Below are positions 19,397 through 29,006 of a stretch of 64,000 nt of DNA, one piece after another. The notes beneath the pieces are model-generated. The model was not told the origin of the DNA, did no database searches, and worked only from the letters and a program-made list of their open reading frames with translations. Both the position numbers and the translations under genes were made by a program. Source of the stretch: Candidatus Latescibacterota bacterium (GTDB lineage Bacteria; Latescibacterota; UBA2968; GCA-2709665); NCBI GenBank assembly GCA_965219995.1, contig CBDCOX010000002.1, forward strand, positions 5,184,001 to 5,248,000, written 5' to 3'. How positions within the stretch are numbered: the first letter of the stretch is position 1; every line of letters begins with the position of its first letter.

Positions 19397-20361
19397 GGCG
19401 GCGCGCCCTCCAGGCCGAGTCGCACCAGCGCCGCCATCGGATTGACGTGGCGGCGGTCCCGCACGTCATCCATCACGCGCGTACGCAACGCGTCGTAGAT
19501 GCGCCAGCCGCGCGGCGCCTGATCGTCCACGAAGTCCGGGCTCGTCGCGACGATCAGCAGCGTGCCCGTCAGGCGGTCGATACCGTCGACGAACTCGCGC
19601 AGCAGTTCGTAGTGATCGATCGTCATGGCTCGCGTGTAGTAACGTGCTCCGTCCCGCGGGTTGCGCGCCACCGTGACACGGCTGGTGTCGAAGACGATGG
19701 CGGTGCCCGTGTAGGCGCTGGCCGCCAGCCACCGGAGGGCGGACTCCATGAAGTAGCGGGCCGTGGTCCGATTGATCGGCGTGCCGATCGAGAAGGGCCG
19801 CAGGGGGCCTATGCGGTTGTTCTCGCCGGTCAGCCAGTCCAGCAGGGGCTGACAGGCATCACGCCCACCCCCGGCGCCGCACTCCGCCATGCAAAGGTGA
19901 TACATCGCCCTGCGGAAGTCCCGTCCCATGCCCGGGTCGTCCAGGACGCGACCCTGCACTTCGCGCCGCAGCTCCAGCAGCACCGTCTGGACGGTCAGCC
20001 CGCTCTGCGCCCCGATGCCCTCGGCGACCGGCGTCGTCTCCTCCACGCCGTCCGCGACCATTCCCAGACCCGCGGCGAGGGCCAGGATGCGCCGCCGCGC
20101 GAGCAGCCACCAGTCGATCCGCGTCGCTATCGCGTGAAACACATCCTGCGGCATGTGGGCGCGGCAATCGCGGGCGTCGACCCGGACCGCGAAGTACCCC
20201 CGTTCGACACAACGCTGCGCCAGCCCCCGCGCCAGCTGCCGCCGCTCGGTCTCGTCGCCGACCGCGATCTTGAACGCGGCGCCGCCCTCCGCAACAAAAG
20301 TCCGCAAGTACTCGCGGTCCAGAACGTCGAGCCAACGCTCGACAGATATGCCGTGCTGCAT
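19393..20361 (-). CDS. Degenerate DUF2791/BrxD-like paralogue
   Basis: EYLRTFVAEGGAAFKIAVG precedes the P-loop position but GKT/S is missing; WLTGE, YTGTAIVFD, YELLREFVDGID and YDALRTRV are DUF2791-like. ATG overlaps the upstream TGA (TGATG). Confidence 0.65.
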   Translation of the reverse strand: MQHGISVERWLDVLDREYLRTFVAEGGAAFKIAVGDETERRQLARGLAQRCVERGYFAVRVDARDCRAHMPQDVFHAIATRIDWWLLARRRILALAAGLGMVADGVEETTPVAEGIGAQSGLTVQTVLLELRREVQGRVLDDPGMGRDFRRAMYHLCMAECGAGGGRDACQPLLDWLTGENNRIGPLRPFSIGTPINRTTARYFMESALRWLAASAYTGTAIVFDTSRVTVARNPRDGARYYTRAMTIDHYELLREFVDGIDRLTGTLLIVATSPDFVDDQAPRGWRIYDALRTRVMDDVRDRRHVNPMAALVRLGLEGAPP

Positions 20362-21161
20362 CAACCTGCGTCGCTGAACTTGACGCCGTAGTACTCGAGG
20401 TTCTCCCCGGCCGGATCGACGAACGAGAACAGGTCCGCCGAACGAACCCGCGTTCCGGTCGAGGCGGGGAACGACACGACGAAGCCTCTTCTGGTCTCCC
20501 GCGGTCCCTTGGCATCGAGCGTGTAGATGTCCCGCGCGAAGTCGCTACGGTCGTAGTCCCGGCTCGCGCCCGGCAGGGCCGTCAGGACCTTGTAGATGCG
20601 TGCCAGCGGCAAGACGCGGCCACCGCCGCTCCCCGCCAGGTCCCCGCCCGCCTCCCGCAGCAGCTCGTCGTAAACCAGGTACAGCGTCTCGAGGAAGCGC
20701 GCGGGTGCAAAGCCGCTGGTCCGGCGCTGGTTACGCAGGAGTTGGGCCGCCAGGAACGAGGGACGGATACTCCTCAGGCGCTTGCGGTCGACCCGGACGG
20801 CGCGTTCCGCAGGCAGGATGCGCACCATGGACGGGTACGCGACCAGATAGCCGTCCCGCTCGTGGAGCGTCACCCCCGCCGCTTCCGCCGCCCCGCGCAG
20901 TTCTTCCGCGTATCCCGCCTCGAGGTATGCCTCTTCCTCCTGCGGCGCGAAAGGCCAGGCGGCGCCCGCGGTACGTACTTCGCCGTCAAGGGCTGCGCAT
21001 GCCAGGTCGAGATCCGCCTGGGCCTTGCGTAGCGCGCCGATGTTGCCCTCCCGAGCGGCTTTCGCCATTGCCCGGGCCTTGCCGGCGACGCCGGCCGCCG
21101 CCTTGCGAGTCGCCTCCGCGACCGCCTCCGCGCCCTCGAAAGCCTGTTCGATCACGTGCAT
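20361..21161 (-). CDS. Hypothetical protein (N-terminal helical/coiled-coil, possible C-terminal winged helix); first gene of the five-gene operon
   Basis: 266-aa ORF with natural composition, coupled to the next gene. Family not recognised. Confidence 0.75.
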   Translation of the reverse strand: MHVIEQAFEGAEAVAEATRKAAAGVAGKARAMAKAAREGNIGALRKAQADLDLACAALDGEVRTAGAAWPFAPQEEEAYLEAGYAEELRGAAEAAGVTLHERDGYLVAYPSMVRILPAERAVRVDRKRLRSIRPSFLAAQLLRNQRRTSGFAPARFLETLYLVYDELLREAGGDLAGSGGGRVLPLARIYKVLTALPGASRDYDRSDFARDIYTLDAKGPRETRRGFVVSFPASTGTRVRSADLFSFVDPAGENLEYYGVKFSDAG

Positions 21162-21333
21162 CCTGCGTCCCGCCCGTTGCTCGACCGGAATATAGCATCG
21201 CGATCCGCCGCCGGTTCAACGGTCCGGCCGGCGCCACGCCCCCGGAGAGTTCTTGCCAGGATCTGCTCTCGGGGTCGAACGGCCTCCGGCTGTCTGCGGT
21301 TAGACTGCGCATCCGCTCGGACCTGGAGCACAC

Positions 21334-22254
21334 ATGAACTCACCCCCGCGCGCAATGGGCATCCTGCTCACTGCACTTTGCTGTGCGGCGTGGCCCACCG
21401 CCGCCGACCTTCTCGACCGCGTCGAGCACAAGTACGCCGACAACGACGGCGTCTCCATCCACTACGCCCTCGCGGGGGAAGGCCCCCTCGTCGTCGCGAT
21501 CCACGGATTTCCGGACTTCTGGTACACGTGGCGCGACCAGATGGAGGCGCTGGAAGGGGACTACCGCATCGCGGCGGTCGACCTGCGCGGCTACAACCTG
21601 AGTGACCAGCCCGAAGGCGTCGCGAGCTACGCGATGCCGAACCTGGTGGCCGACATCGCGGCGGTCATCGCCGCCGAGGGCGAGGACTCCGCGGTCGTCG
21701 TCGGGCACGACTGGGGCGGAGCGATCACCTGGAACGTCGCCATGGCGCGACCGGACCTGGTCGATGCGCTCGTGATCCTCAACCTGCCCCACCCGGCGGG
21801 GCTCAGCCGGGAACTCGCGACCAATCCCCAGCAGCAGGAGAACAGCCAGTACGCGCGGAACTTCCAGCAACCCGATGCGCACACCTACCTGACCGCCGAG
21901 GCGCTGACGGGGTGGGTGCGGGACGAGACCGCCAAGGCGCACTACGTCGCCGCTTTCGAACGGTCCGACTTCGAAGCGATGCTGAACTACTACAAGGCCA
22001 ACTATCCTCGAGCCTCGGGCGACGCGATGGCGCCGGGACCGGAGTTCCCCAAGGTGCAGGCTCCCGTGCTGATGTTCCACGGCCTCGACGACCAGGCGCT
22101 GCTGCCGGGCGGCCTGAACGGAACCTGGGACTGGCTGGAGCGCGACCTCACCCTGGTGACCATCCCCGGCGCCGGGCACTTCGTGCAGCAGGACGCGAGC
22201 CGGCTCGTGTCCGAGACGATGGAGGACTGGCTGGGACGGCGGGTGGGAGGTTGA
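21334..22254 (+). CDS. Exported alpha/beta hydrolase, epoxide-hydrolase-like
   Basis: [24 protein letters not shown] (Asp nucleophile), NYYKAN, GHFVQ; N-terminal signal peptide. Confidence 0.92.
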   Translation: MNSPPRAMGILLTALCCAAWPTAADLLDRVEHKYADNDGVSIHYALAGEGPLVVAIHGFPDFWYTWRDQMEALEGDYRIAAVDLRGYNLSDQPEGVASYAMPNLVADIAAVIAAEGEDSAVVVGHDWGGAITWNVAMARPDLVDALVILNLPHPAGLSRELATNPQQQENSQYARNFQQPDAHTYLTAEALTGWVRDETAKAHYVAAFERSDFEAMLNYYKANYPRASGDAMAPGPEFPKVQAPVLMFHGLDDQALLPGGLNGTWDWLERDLTLVTIPGAGHFVQQDASRLVSETMEDWLGRRVGG

Positions 22255-22469
22255 ACGCGAACCGCGCCGGACCCAGGGTGGCCTCACGCCAGTTTCCGAA
22301 AGCGAAACAACCCGATCCGCTATTTCGATTTCGGCGCTAAATCAAGATAAGCCGGCGGCTCGCCGTTCGGTGCGACAATCGGACTCCAGGGCCTCCGTCG
22401 ACGCCAGGGGAGCAGTCGCCGCGAACCTGTGAAGCAGGCTTTCCACCACGCGAACCGGAGAACCCCGAT

Positions 22470-23303
22470 ATGAGCCTCAAGGAATTCGACCTCGCGGGCC
22501 GCACCGCCATCGTCACCGGGGCCGCCCGCGGCATCGGGAAGGGCATCGCGCTGACCCTGGCCGACGCCGGGGCGGACGTCGTGGCGACGGACGTGCTGCC
22601 GGAGATCGAGCAGACGAGCGAGGAGATCCGGGAGAGGGGCCGCCGCAGCCTGGCCATTCCGACGGACGTGCGCCAGACGGAGCAGGTGGACGCGATGGTG
22701 GAAGCGACCGTCGCGGAGTTCGGCAAGGTCGACATCCTGGTCTCCAACGCGGGCATAGACATCAAGAAGCCGCTCATCCTGGTGGACGGCGGCTCCCCAC
22801 TGCGGATGCGCGCCGATGCGCACTTCGACTCACCCCTCCTCGAGGAGGAGTGGGAGGCGATGCTGGACATCAACCTGAAGGGCTACGTGCGCTGCGCCAT
22901 CGCGGTCGGCCGCCACATGATCGAGCAGAAGAGCGGCCGGATCATCGCGATCGGTTCCGTCGCCGGCCTGCGCGCCGGGGACATCGGCACCATCTACGCC
23001 GCCTCCAAGGCCGGCGTGCACCAGTTCTCGTGCGCGCTGTCGCGGGAGTGGTCGCCGTTCAACATCACGGTGAACTGCATCGCCCCCGGCGCCATCGGTC
23101 CCACCGAGTCGTGGTACGTGCCCTCCTGGAACATCTCCCGCGAGGAACACGAGGAGAGCTTCAGGCGCGTGGTCCGGAGCGTTCCCCTCAAGCGATTCGG
23201 TTCCACGCGGGAACTGGGCATGCTCACGGTCTTCCTGGCGTCGGAAGCCGGCGCCTACATCAGCGGGCAGGTCATCGCCCACGACGGCGGATTCAGCGCC
23301 TGA
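22470..23303 (+). CDS. Short-chain dehydrogenase/reductase
   Basis: TGAARGIG, DILVSNAG, YAASK, VNCIAPG, YISGQVI. Confidence 0.93.
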   Translation: MSLKEFDLAGRTAIVTGAARGIGKGIALTLADAGADVVATDVLPEIEQTSEEIRERGRRSLAIPTDVRQTEQVDAMVEATVAEFGKVDILVSNAGIDIKKPLILVDGGSPLRMRADAHFDSPLLEEEWEAMLDINLKGYVRCAIAVGRHMIEQKSGRIIAIGSVAGLRAGDIGTIYAASKAGVHQFSCALSREWSPFNITVNCIAPGAIGPTESWYVPSWNISREEHEESFRRVVRSVPLKRFGSTRELGMLTVFLASEAGAYISGQVIAHDGGFSA

Positions 23304-23329
23304 GCGCCGGCGCGAACAAGAGAGGCGGC

Positions 23330-24265
23330 ATGGACATTCCCGAAGAGAAGCTCCTCTGGATGTACCGGACGATGGTCACGACGAGAAAGCTCTACGAGAC
23401 GATGTACGAGATGTACCGGCACGGGTCGAGCCTCGGCAACTTCGTCGCCGGCGAAGGCGAGGAGGCCATCCCCGCGGCCATCTGCGCGAACCTCCGGCGC
23501 GAAGACTCCTACAAGCCCAACTTCCGGCAGACGAGCTGCCTGTTCGCCAAGGAAGGCTACGAGCTCGCGGACATCTTTTCGGGGAACCTCTTCGATGCCG
23601 AGCGCGGCTACCTGGGCTTCAGCCTGGCCCTCGGCGAGGACGTGGGCGTCTACACCGGCTTCGCCCTCGCGGCGCAGATGCGTGGGACCGACCAGGTGTG
23701 CGTCTGCACGTTCGGGGAGGGCACGGCGAGCAAGGGCTCCATCCACGAGGCGATGGTCGTCGCCGCCGCGTGGCAGCTGCCGATCGTCTTCGTGCTGCAG
23801 AACAACCAGTACTGCGGCGGGACCCGGTACTCGAAGGTGTACCGGTTCGACGACCTCGCCGACCGTGCCCGGGGCTACGGCATCCCGGGGCGCAGCGTGG
23901 ACGGGAACGACGTGATCGCGACCTACGCGGTCGTCCGGGAGTTCGTCGAGCGGGCCCGAACGGGCGGCGGCCCGGGCCTGATCGTGGCGGAGACGTATCG
24001 CCTGAGCCCGTATTTCGAGCGGGCTCCCGGCGAGATCGTCATCGAAGGGTACCGGCCCGACGGCGAACTCGAGGAGGCGCGCGGGAACGATCCCATCCCC
24101 CGGTTCCGCAAGACGCTCTCCGAGCTGGGTCTGCTGACCGTCGGGGATGTCGAGCGGATCGACCGGGACGTGGAGGACGAGATCGCGCGGGCCATGTCGG
24201 ACGGCAGACAGCGGCCCAGGGTCGACTACGACCAGTACATCCAGTACGCGGTCGCCGAGCTGTAG
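23330..24265 (+). CDS. TPP-dependent dehydrogenase E1 alpha subunit (atypical)
   Basis: GEGEEA, FGEGTASKGSIHEA...LPIVFVLQNNQY (ThDP motif), VDGNDV, GPGLIVAETYR, DPI. Confidence 0.88.
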   Translation: MDIPEEKLLWMYRTMVTTRKLYETMYEMYRHGSSLGNFVAGEGEEAIPAAICANLRREDSYKPNFRQTSCLFAKEGYELADIFSGNLFDAERGYLGFSLALGEDVGVYTGFALAAQMRGTDQVCVCTFGEGTASKGSIHEAMVVAAAWQLPIVFVLQNNQYCGGTRYSKVYRFDDLADRARGYGIPGRSVDGNDVIATYAVVREFVERARTGGGPGLIVAETYRLSPYFERAPGEIVIEGYRPDGELEEARGNDPIPRFRKTLSELGLLTVGDVERIDRDVEDEIARAMSDGRQRPRVDYDQYIQYAVAEL

Positions 24266-24302
24266 GCGGTCTGGCCGGGCAGGCCAAGCGGAGGAGAGGA
24301 CG

Positions 24303-25337
24303 GTGGCGGCGAATCCCGAAGCGAAAGTGCGGATGCTCGACTGCGGCGAGGCGATCAACGCCGCGTTCCGCGAAGAGATGCGCCGCGACGAGCGGGTGGT
24401 GATGTGGGGCGAGGACGTGATCACCATGGAGTCGCCCACCGCCGGCGCGGACCTCTGCACGCGGGGCCTGTTCGAGGAGTTCGGCGGCGACCGGATCCGC
24501 GACACCCCGGTGGTCGAGGCGGCGATCATCGAGACCGCGATCGGCGCGGCGCTGGCGGGGCTTCGGCCCATCGCCCACGTGATGACGGGCGGCTTCCAGA
24601 TGGGCTGCTTCGACCCGATCTTCGCCCGGCTCGGCACGGCGTACCAGGAGTGGAAGCATCCCGGTACGCTGCCGGTGGTGGTCATGGCCTCCGTCCTCGG
24701 CGGGGCGGCAAAGGGGGCGGACCACGCCCTGTCGCCCGAGGCCCTGTTCATGCACAGCCCGGGGCTGAAGGTCGTCATGCCGTCCACCGCGTACGACACC
24801 AAGGGACTGCTGAAGACCGCGATTCGCGACGACTTCCCCGTGATGTTCTACACCCACCGGGAGGTCATGATCCGCGAAAAGAAGGAAGCGATACCGGACG
24901 AGGAGTACCTGATCCCGTTCGGTCAGGCCCACGTCAAGCGGAACGGGGAGGACGTGACGATCGTGACCTGGTCGGGCATGGTCCTGCGCGCCCTCGCGGC
25001 CGCGGAGGAGCTCGCCGGCGAGGGCATCCGCGCCGAAGTGGTCGACCTGCGCACCCTCGTGCCGATGGATGTCGACACGATAGTCACGTCCGTCCGGAAG
25101 ACGGGCGCGCTCCTCATCGTGCACGAGGCCATGAAACGCGCGGGGGCCGCGGGCGAGGTCGCCATGCGCGTGGCCGAGGCCGCCCCCGACGTCGTGCGCA
25201 CCCTCAAGGCGCCCATACGCCGGCTCGCGGCGAAGAACGTCGCGCTACCCACGAGTCTCAGGATCGAGCGCCGGTTGGTGCCGCAGGTCGGGGACATCGT
25301 CCAGGCGGCGCAGGACCTGGTTCAGGAGAGCAAGTAG
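24303..25337 (+). CDS. TPP-dependent dehydrogenase E1 beta subunit
   Basis: GEDV, DTPVVEAA, PGLKVVMPST, EVVDLRTLVPMD, SVRKTG, LKAPIRRLA. Confidence 0.9.
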   Translation: MAANPEAKVRMLDCGEAINAAFREEMRRDERVVMWGEDVITMESPTAGADLCTRGLFEEFGGDRIRDTPVVEAAIIETAIGAALAGLRPIAHVMTGGFQMGCFDPIFARLGTAYQEWKHPGTLPVVVMASVLGGAAKGADHALSPEALFMHSPGLKVVMPSTAYDTKGLLKTAIRDDFPVMFYTHREVMIREKKEAIPDEEYLIPFGQAHVKRNGEDVTIVTWSGMVLRALAAAEELAGEGIRAEVVDLRTLVPMDVDTIVTSVRKTGALLIVHEAMKRAGAAGEVAMRVAEAAPDVVRTLKAPIRRLAAKNVALPTSLRIERRLVPQVGDIVQAAQDLVQESK

Positions 25338-26144
25338 ATGGCGAAGCTGCTGTACGAAGTGAAGGACGGGATCGCCTGGACCCGGTTCAACCGGCCGGAG
25401 ATCCTGAACGCGCTGGACTCCGACGAACTCGGCGCGTTCGTGCGGGCGCTCCAGGAAGCCGCGGACGATCCAGAGGTCAAGGCGATCGTCATCTCGAGCG
25501 TCGGCGACTCGTTCTGCGCCGGCGAGGACCTGAAGAACGCCCTCAGGGAGTACCCGCTGCTCCAGACCGGCGAGATGCACCCCATTCTCGACATCGTCGA
25601 GGACATCACCGAGGGCCTGCAGGCCATCCCCCGCATCATCCGCATGGCGCGCAAGGTCGTGATCGCGTCGGTCCGCGGACTCGCGGTGGGCGGCGGCTTC
25701 GAGATCGCGATCGACTCGGACCTGATCGTGGCCGCCGAGAGCGCCCGCTTCGGCTTCCCGGAAGGCAACGCCGGCATGACGATCACCGGCGCCGCCACGA
25801 AGCTGCTGCCGCTCAGTATCGGCCTGCACCGCGCCCGCGAGCTCGCCCTGACCGGCGAGTTCATCGACGCCGCCGAGGCCTATCGGATCGGTCTCGTGAA
25901 CCGGCTCGTGCCAACGGGGGAGGAAGACGCCGAGGCCGAGCGGCTCGCCCGGCGCATCATGACGCGGGCGCCGTTCTCCGTCGTCAACCACAAGCGCCTG
26001 CTGCAGAACGCGGCGGAGATCGGCTTCGAGGCGACCCTCGAACTCGAGAAGCAGACCATCACGAACATGATCTACACCGAGGACTACGGCGAAGCGATCA
26101 CGGCCTTCGGCGAGAAGCGCACGCCCACGTTCAAGGGCCGTTAG
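25338..26144 (+). CDS. Enoyl-CoA hydratase/isomerase (crotonase) family protein
   Basis: NRPEILNAL, FCAGEDL, AVGGGFE, FGFPE, GLVNRLV, FGEKRTPTFKGR. Confidence 0.93.
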   Translation: MAKLLYEVKDGIAWTRFNRPEILNALDSDELGAFVRALQEAADDPEVKAIVISSVGDSFCAGEDLKNALREYPLLQTGEMHPILDIVEDITEGLQAIPRIIRMARKVVIASVRGLAVGGGFEIAIDSDLIVAAESARFGFPEGNAGMTITGAATKLLPLSIGLHRARELALTGEFIDAAEAYRIGLVNRLVPTGEEDAEAERLARRIMTRAPFSVVNHKRLLQNAAEIGFEATLELEKQTITNMIYTEDYGEAITAFGEKRTPTFKGR

Positions 26145-26240
26145 CCATCGCCGCCGGGTCGGGCGTGTCGGAGGAACGGTATTTCCGACATTCGGAAACT
26201 CTGCTAGCCTGTGCGAGTGTCCGGCCAACCGAGCCTACAG

Positions 26241-26492
26241 GTGCCCCAGACGCTGATCGTATCCAACCGCGGCCAGATCACGCTCCCGGCCGCAACCCGC
26301 AAGCGCCTTGGCATCAAGGGCGGCGATGTCGTCATCATGGAATACAGAGACAACGAAATCGTGCTCAAGCCAGGCGTCGTGCTTGAGGTCGAGATCTACG
26401 CCGACGAGCAGATCGCGGAGTGGGTTGCCGCCGACAGGCTCGATGACGAGGAGCGCGAACGCATCGTCGATGCCGTCACCCGTCCGAAGTGA
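26241..26492 (+). CDS. AbrB/MazE/SpoVT-family antitoxin
   Basis: SNRGQITLPAATRKRLGIKGGD motif; overlaps the toxin start. Confidence 0.88.
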   Translation: MPQTLIVSNRGQITLPAATRKRLGIKGGDVVIMEYRDNEIVLKPGVVLEVEIYADEQIAEWVAADRLDDEERERIVDAVTRPK

Positions 26493-26899
26493 AGCTGTTT
26501 CTCGACGCCAACGTCCTGTTCACAGCCGCGCACAACCCAGGAGGCAAGGCGTCGTTGATCATCGAACTCCAGGCGCAGGCCATCTGGGCGCTAGTCACCA
26601 GCACGTTTACCCGTGAAGAAGCGCTACGGAACGTACGCGCGAACGCCCCGGAGGCGGAAGATCGCCTGCGCGCCATTCTGAGAGATCTGGAGGTCGTCGA
26701 GCATCCGCCCGACCTGGAATGCCCGGCGGGTCTCGTGGAGAAGGACCGGCCTGTCTTTCAGGCGGCCCTCGGCTGTGGCGCCAGTCATCTGCTGACCGGC
26801 GATCTCAAGCACTTTGGCCAGTTCATGAACAGGCCGGAGGACACGTCCGGTGTTCACGTCCAGACGGTCGCGGCGTTCCTGGAGTCGCTGAGTGGCTGA
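26489..26899 (+). CDS. PIN-domain toxin
   Basis: LFLDANVLFTA, EEALRN, KDRPV, LLTGDLKHF. Confidence 0.9.
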   Translation: MKLFLDANVLFTAAHNPGGKASLIIELQAQAIWALVTSTFTREEALRNVRANAPEAEDRLRAILRDLEVVEHPPDLECPAGLVEKDRPVFQAALGCGASHLLTGDLKHFGQFMNRPEDTSGVHVQTVAAFLESLSG

Positions 26900-26990
26900 A
26901 GGATCTACGTCGCAGACGTCGCCGAGGTCGCCGTCGTCTGTGGCGCCGTGCGCGGCGGTTACACTCATCGGTTTGCTGACGGGCTAAGCG

Positions 26991-28943
26991 ATGAGAGCAG
27001 CCTTTCCCACCGCCTGCCTGCTGCTCGCCGCCGCGGGCAGCGCCGACGAACCGGGCACGATGATCGAGTGGCCCCATGTCGGCGCCGATCAGGCGCACAC
27101 CAAGTACTCCGCCGCCGCCGACATCCGCGTCGCGAACGTCGGGGAGCTCGGAATCGCCTGGCAATGGCAACCGAACGAGGCGCCGTTCCCGGAGTACGGC
27201 AGCAAGCCCGGCAGGTTCATGACGACGCCCATCATGGTCGACGATGTCCTGTACCTGTCGACCATGTATACCCGGGTGGTCGCTCTCGACGCGCAGACCG
27301 GCGCCGAACTGTGGGCTTTCGACCCCAAGGCATACGAGGGCGGGTCGTGGGGCGTCCGCCCCGCCGGGTTCGAGCACCGCGGCGTCGCCCACTGGCGCGA
27401 TGGGGACGACGCCCGCATCTTCCTCAACAGCCGGGACCGGCTGTACGCGGTCGATGCCGACACCGGCGAACTCGACACGGGCTTCGGCGACCGCGGCAGC
27501 GTGTTGCTGAGCGCAGGCCACGGCCGCTCGGTAAGCGCATCCGAGTTCGACCAGACCTCGCCGCCCGTGGTGTTCGAGGATCTGGTGATCGTCGGCAGCC
27601 GCATCCCGGACCAGGTCCAACGCAGATTCGACCCGCCGGGAACGGTGCAGGCCTTCGACGTGCGCACCGGAGAGCGCCGCTGGGTCTTCTTCACCGTGCC
27701 GCAGTCGAAGGACGACTACGGCGCCGACACCTGGAAGGACGAATCCTGGCGTTTCGCCGGCCATGCCAACGTCTGGGGCCTCATGTCGGTGGACGAGCGG
27801 CGCGGCCTGCTCTATGTGCCGACGAGTACGCCGAGCAGCGACTACTGGGGTGGGCGGCGGCTCGGCGCAAACCTGTTCGCGGACTCGCTGGTGTGCCTCG
27901 ATGCGCGCACCGGCAAGCGCCGGTGGCACTTCCAGGCCGTGCATCACGGCCTCTGGGACTACGACTTCGGCGCGCCGCCGAACCTGGTATCGATCACGGT
28001 CGACGGGCGCGAGATCGACGCCGTCGCCGAGGTGTCCAAGCAGGGCTTCACCTATGTGTTCGACCGTGTGACGGGCGAGCCGGTCTGGCCCATCGAGGAG
28101 CGGCCGGTGGACGTGGCGACCGACGTGCCGGGCGAAGTACCGCATCCGACGCAGCCGTTCCCGACCAGGCCGCCGCCGTTCAGCGGCCAGGGCGTCGCCC
28201 TGGAGGACGCCAACGACCTGACGCCGGAGATCCATGCGCTGGCGCTCGAGGAGATGCGGCAGTTCAGGTTGGGTCCGCTGTTCACGCCGCCCAGCCTGCG
28301 CGGAACGCTGCAGCGTCCCGGCACGGTCGGCGCCGCATCCTGGGGCGGCGCGGCGTTCGATCCCGAGACCCGGCTGCTCTTCGTGAGGACATCGGAGAGC
28401 GCCGATACCAACCAGGTCTGCGAGGATGCGGGCGAGAACCCGGAAGTCGATGTGCCCTACAGCAACGACTGTCCCCACGGCGCGACGCTCGTCATGTTCC
28501 GCGGCGCACCCGGATCGCGGGGCGCGGAGGCCCCGCCGCGCACACTCGGCCCGATACCGGTCATCAAGCCGCCCTACGCGCATCTGGTGGCGATCGACAT
28601 GGACGCGGGCGAGATCGCCTGGAAGGTGCCCTTCGGGGAAGGCAGCGCCGAGATCCGCGAGCACCCGCTGCTGCGCGGCGTCAAGCTGCCGGATCGGCTC
28701 GGCACGTTCGGCAGGGGCGGCCCGATGGCAACCGCGGGCGAACTCGTGTTCGTCGGCGGCGGCGATCCCTACCTGTACGCATTCGACCAGGCGACCGGCA
28801 CCGAGGTCTGGCGCGGCGCCACGCCGCAACCAACGGAAGGCAACCCCATCACCTACCGCACGCGATCCGGGCGACAGTTCGTCGTCATTGCCGCCGGTGC
28901 GGGAGAGGATGCGGTCCTGGTCGCCTTCGCGCGGCCCGAGTAG
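26991..28943 (+). CDS. PQQ-dependent dehydrogenase (quinoprotein glucose dehydrogenase-like)
   Basis: TTPIMVD, PGTVQAFDVRTG, ANVW, WHFQAVHHGLWDYD, NPITYRTRSGRQF; signal peptide; paralogue of 2669-4654. Confidence 0.92.
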   Translation: MRAAFPTACLLLAAAGSADEPGTMIEWPHVGADQAHTKYSAAADIRVANVGELGIAWQWQPNEAPFPEYGSKPGRFMTTPIMVDDVLYLSTMYTRVVALDAQTGAELWAFDPKAYEGGSWGVRPAGFEHRGVAHWRDGDDARIFLNSRDRLYAVDADTGELDTGFGDRGSVLLSAGHGRSVSASEFDQTSPPVVFEDLVIVGSRIPDQVQRRFDPPGTVQAFDVRTGERRWVFFTVPQSKDDYGADTWKDESWRFAGHANVWGLMSVDERRGLLYVPTSTPSSDYWGGRRLGANLFADSLVCLDARTGKRRWHFQAVHHGLWDYDFGAPPNLVSITVDGREIDAVAEVSKQGFTYVFDRVTGEPVWPIEERPVDVATDVPGEVPHPTQPFPTRPPPFSGQGVALEDANDLTPEIHALALEEMRQFRLGPLFTPPSLRGTLQRPGTVGAASWGGAAFDPETRLLFVRTSESADTNQVCEDAGENPEVDVPYSNDCPHGATLVMFRGAPGSRGAEAPPRTLGPIPVIKPPYAHLVAIDMDAGEIAWKVPFGEGSAEIREHPLLRGVKLPDRLGTFGRGGPMATAGELVFVGGGDPYLYAFDQATGTEVWRGATPQPTEGNPITYRTRSGRQFVVIAAGAGEDAVLVAFARPE

Positions 28944-29006
28944 CCGCGGCTGCGTGGTTCGGGCGCCGCCCGTCGCCATCGTACCGGCCGGCGCGCTCCG
29001 GAAGGG

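Noticed and set aside
18110-20361. Calling the locus a canonical BREX system
   Set aside because: No pglZ, pglX/methylase, brxC or pglW in the window; only DUF2791-like genes.
22850-24265. 471-aa extended E1alpha
   Set aside because: The extension is an alternative frame of the SDR; the ATG at 23330 follows a purine-rich RBS.
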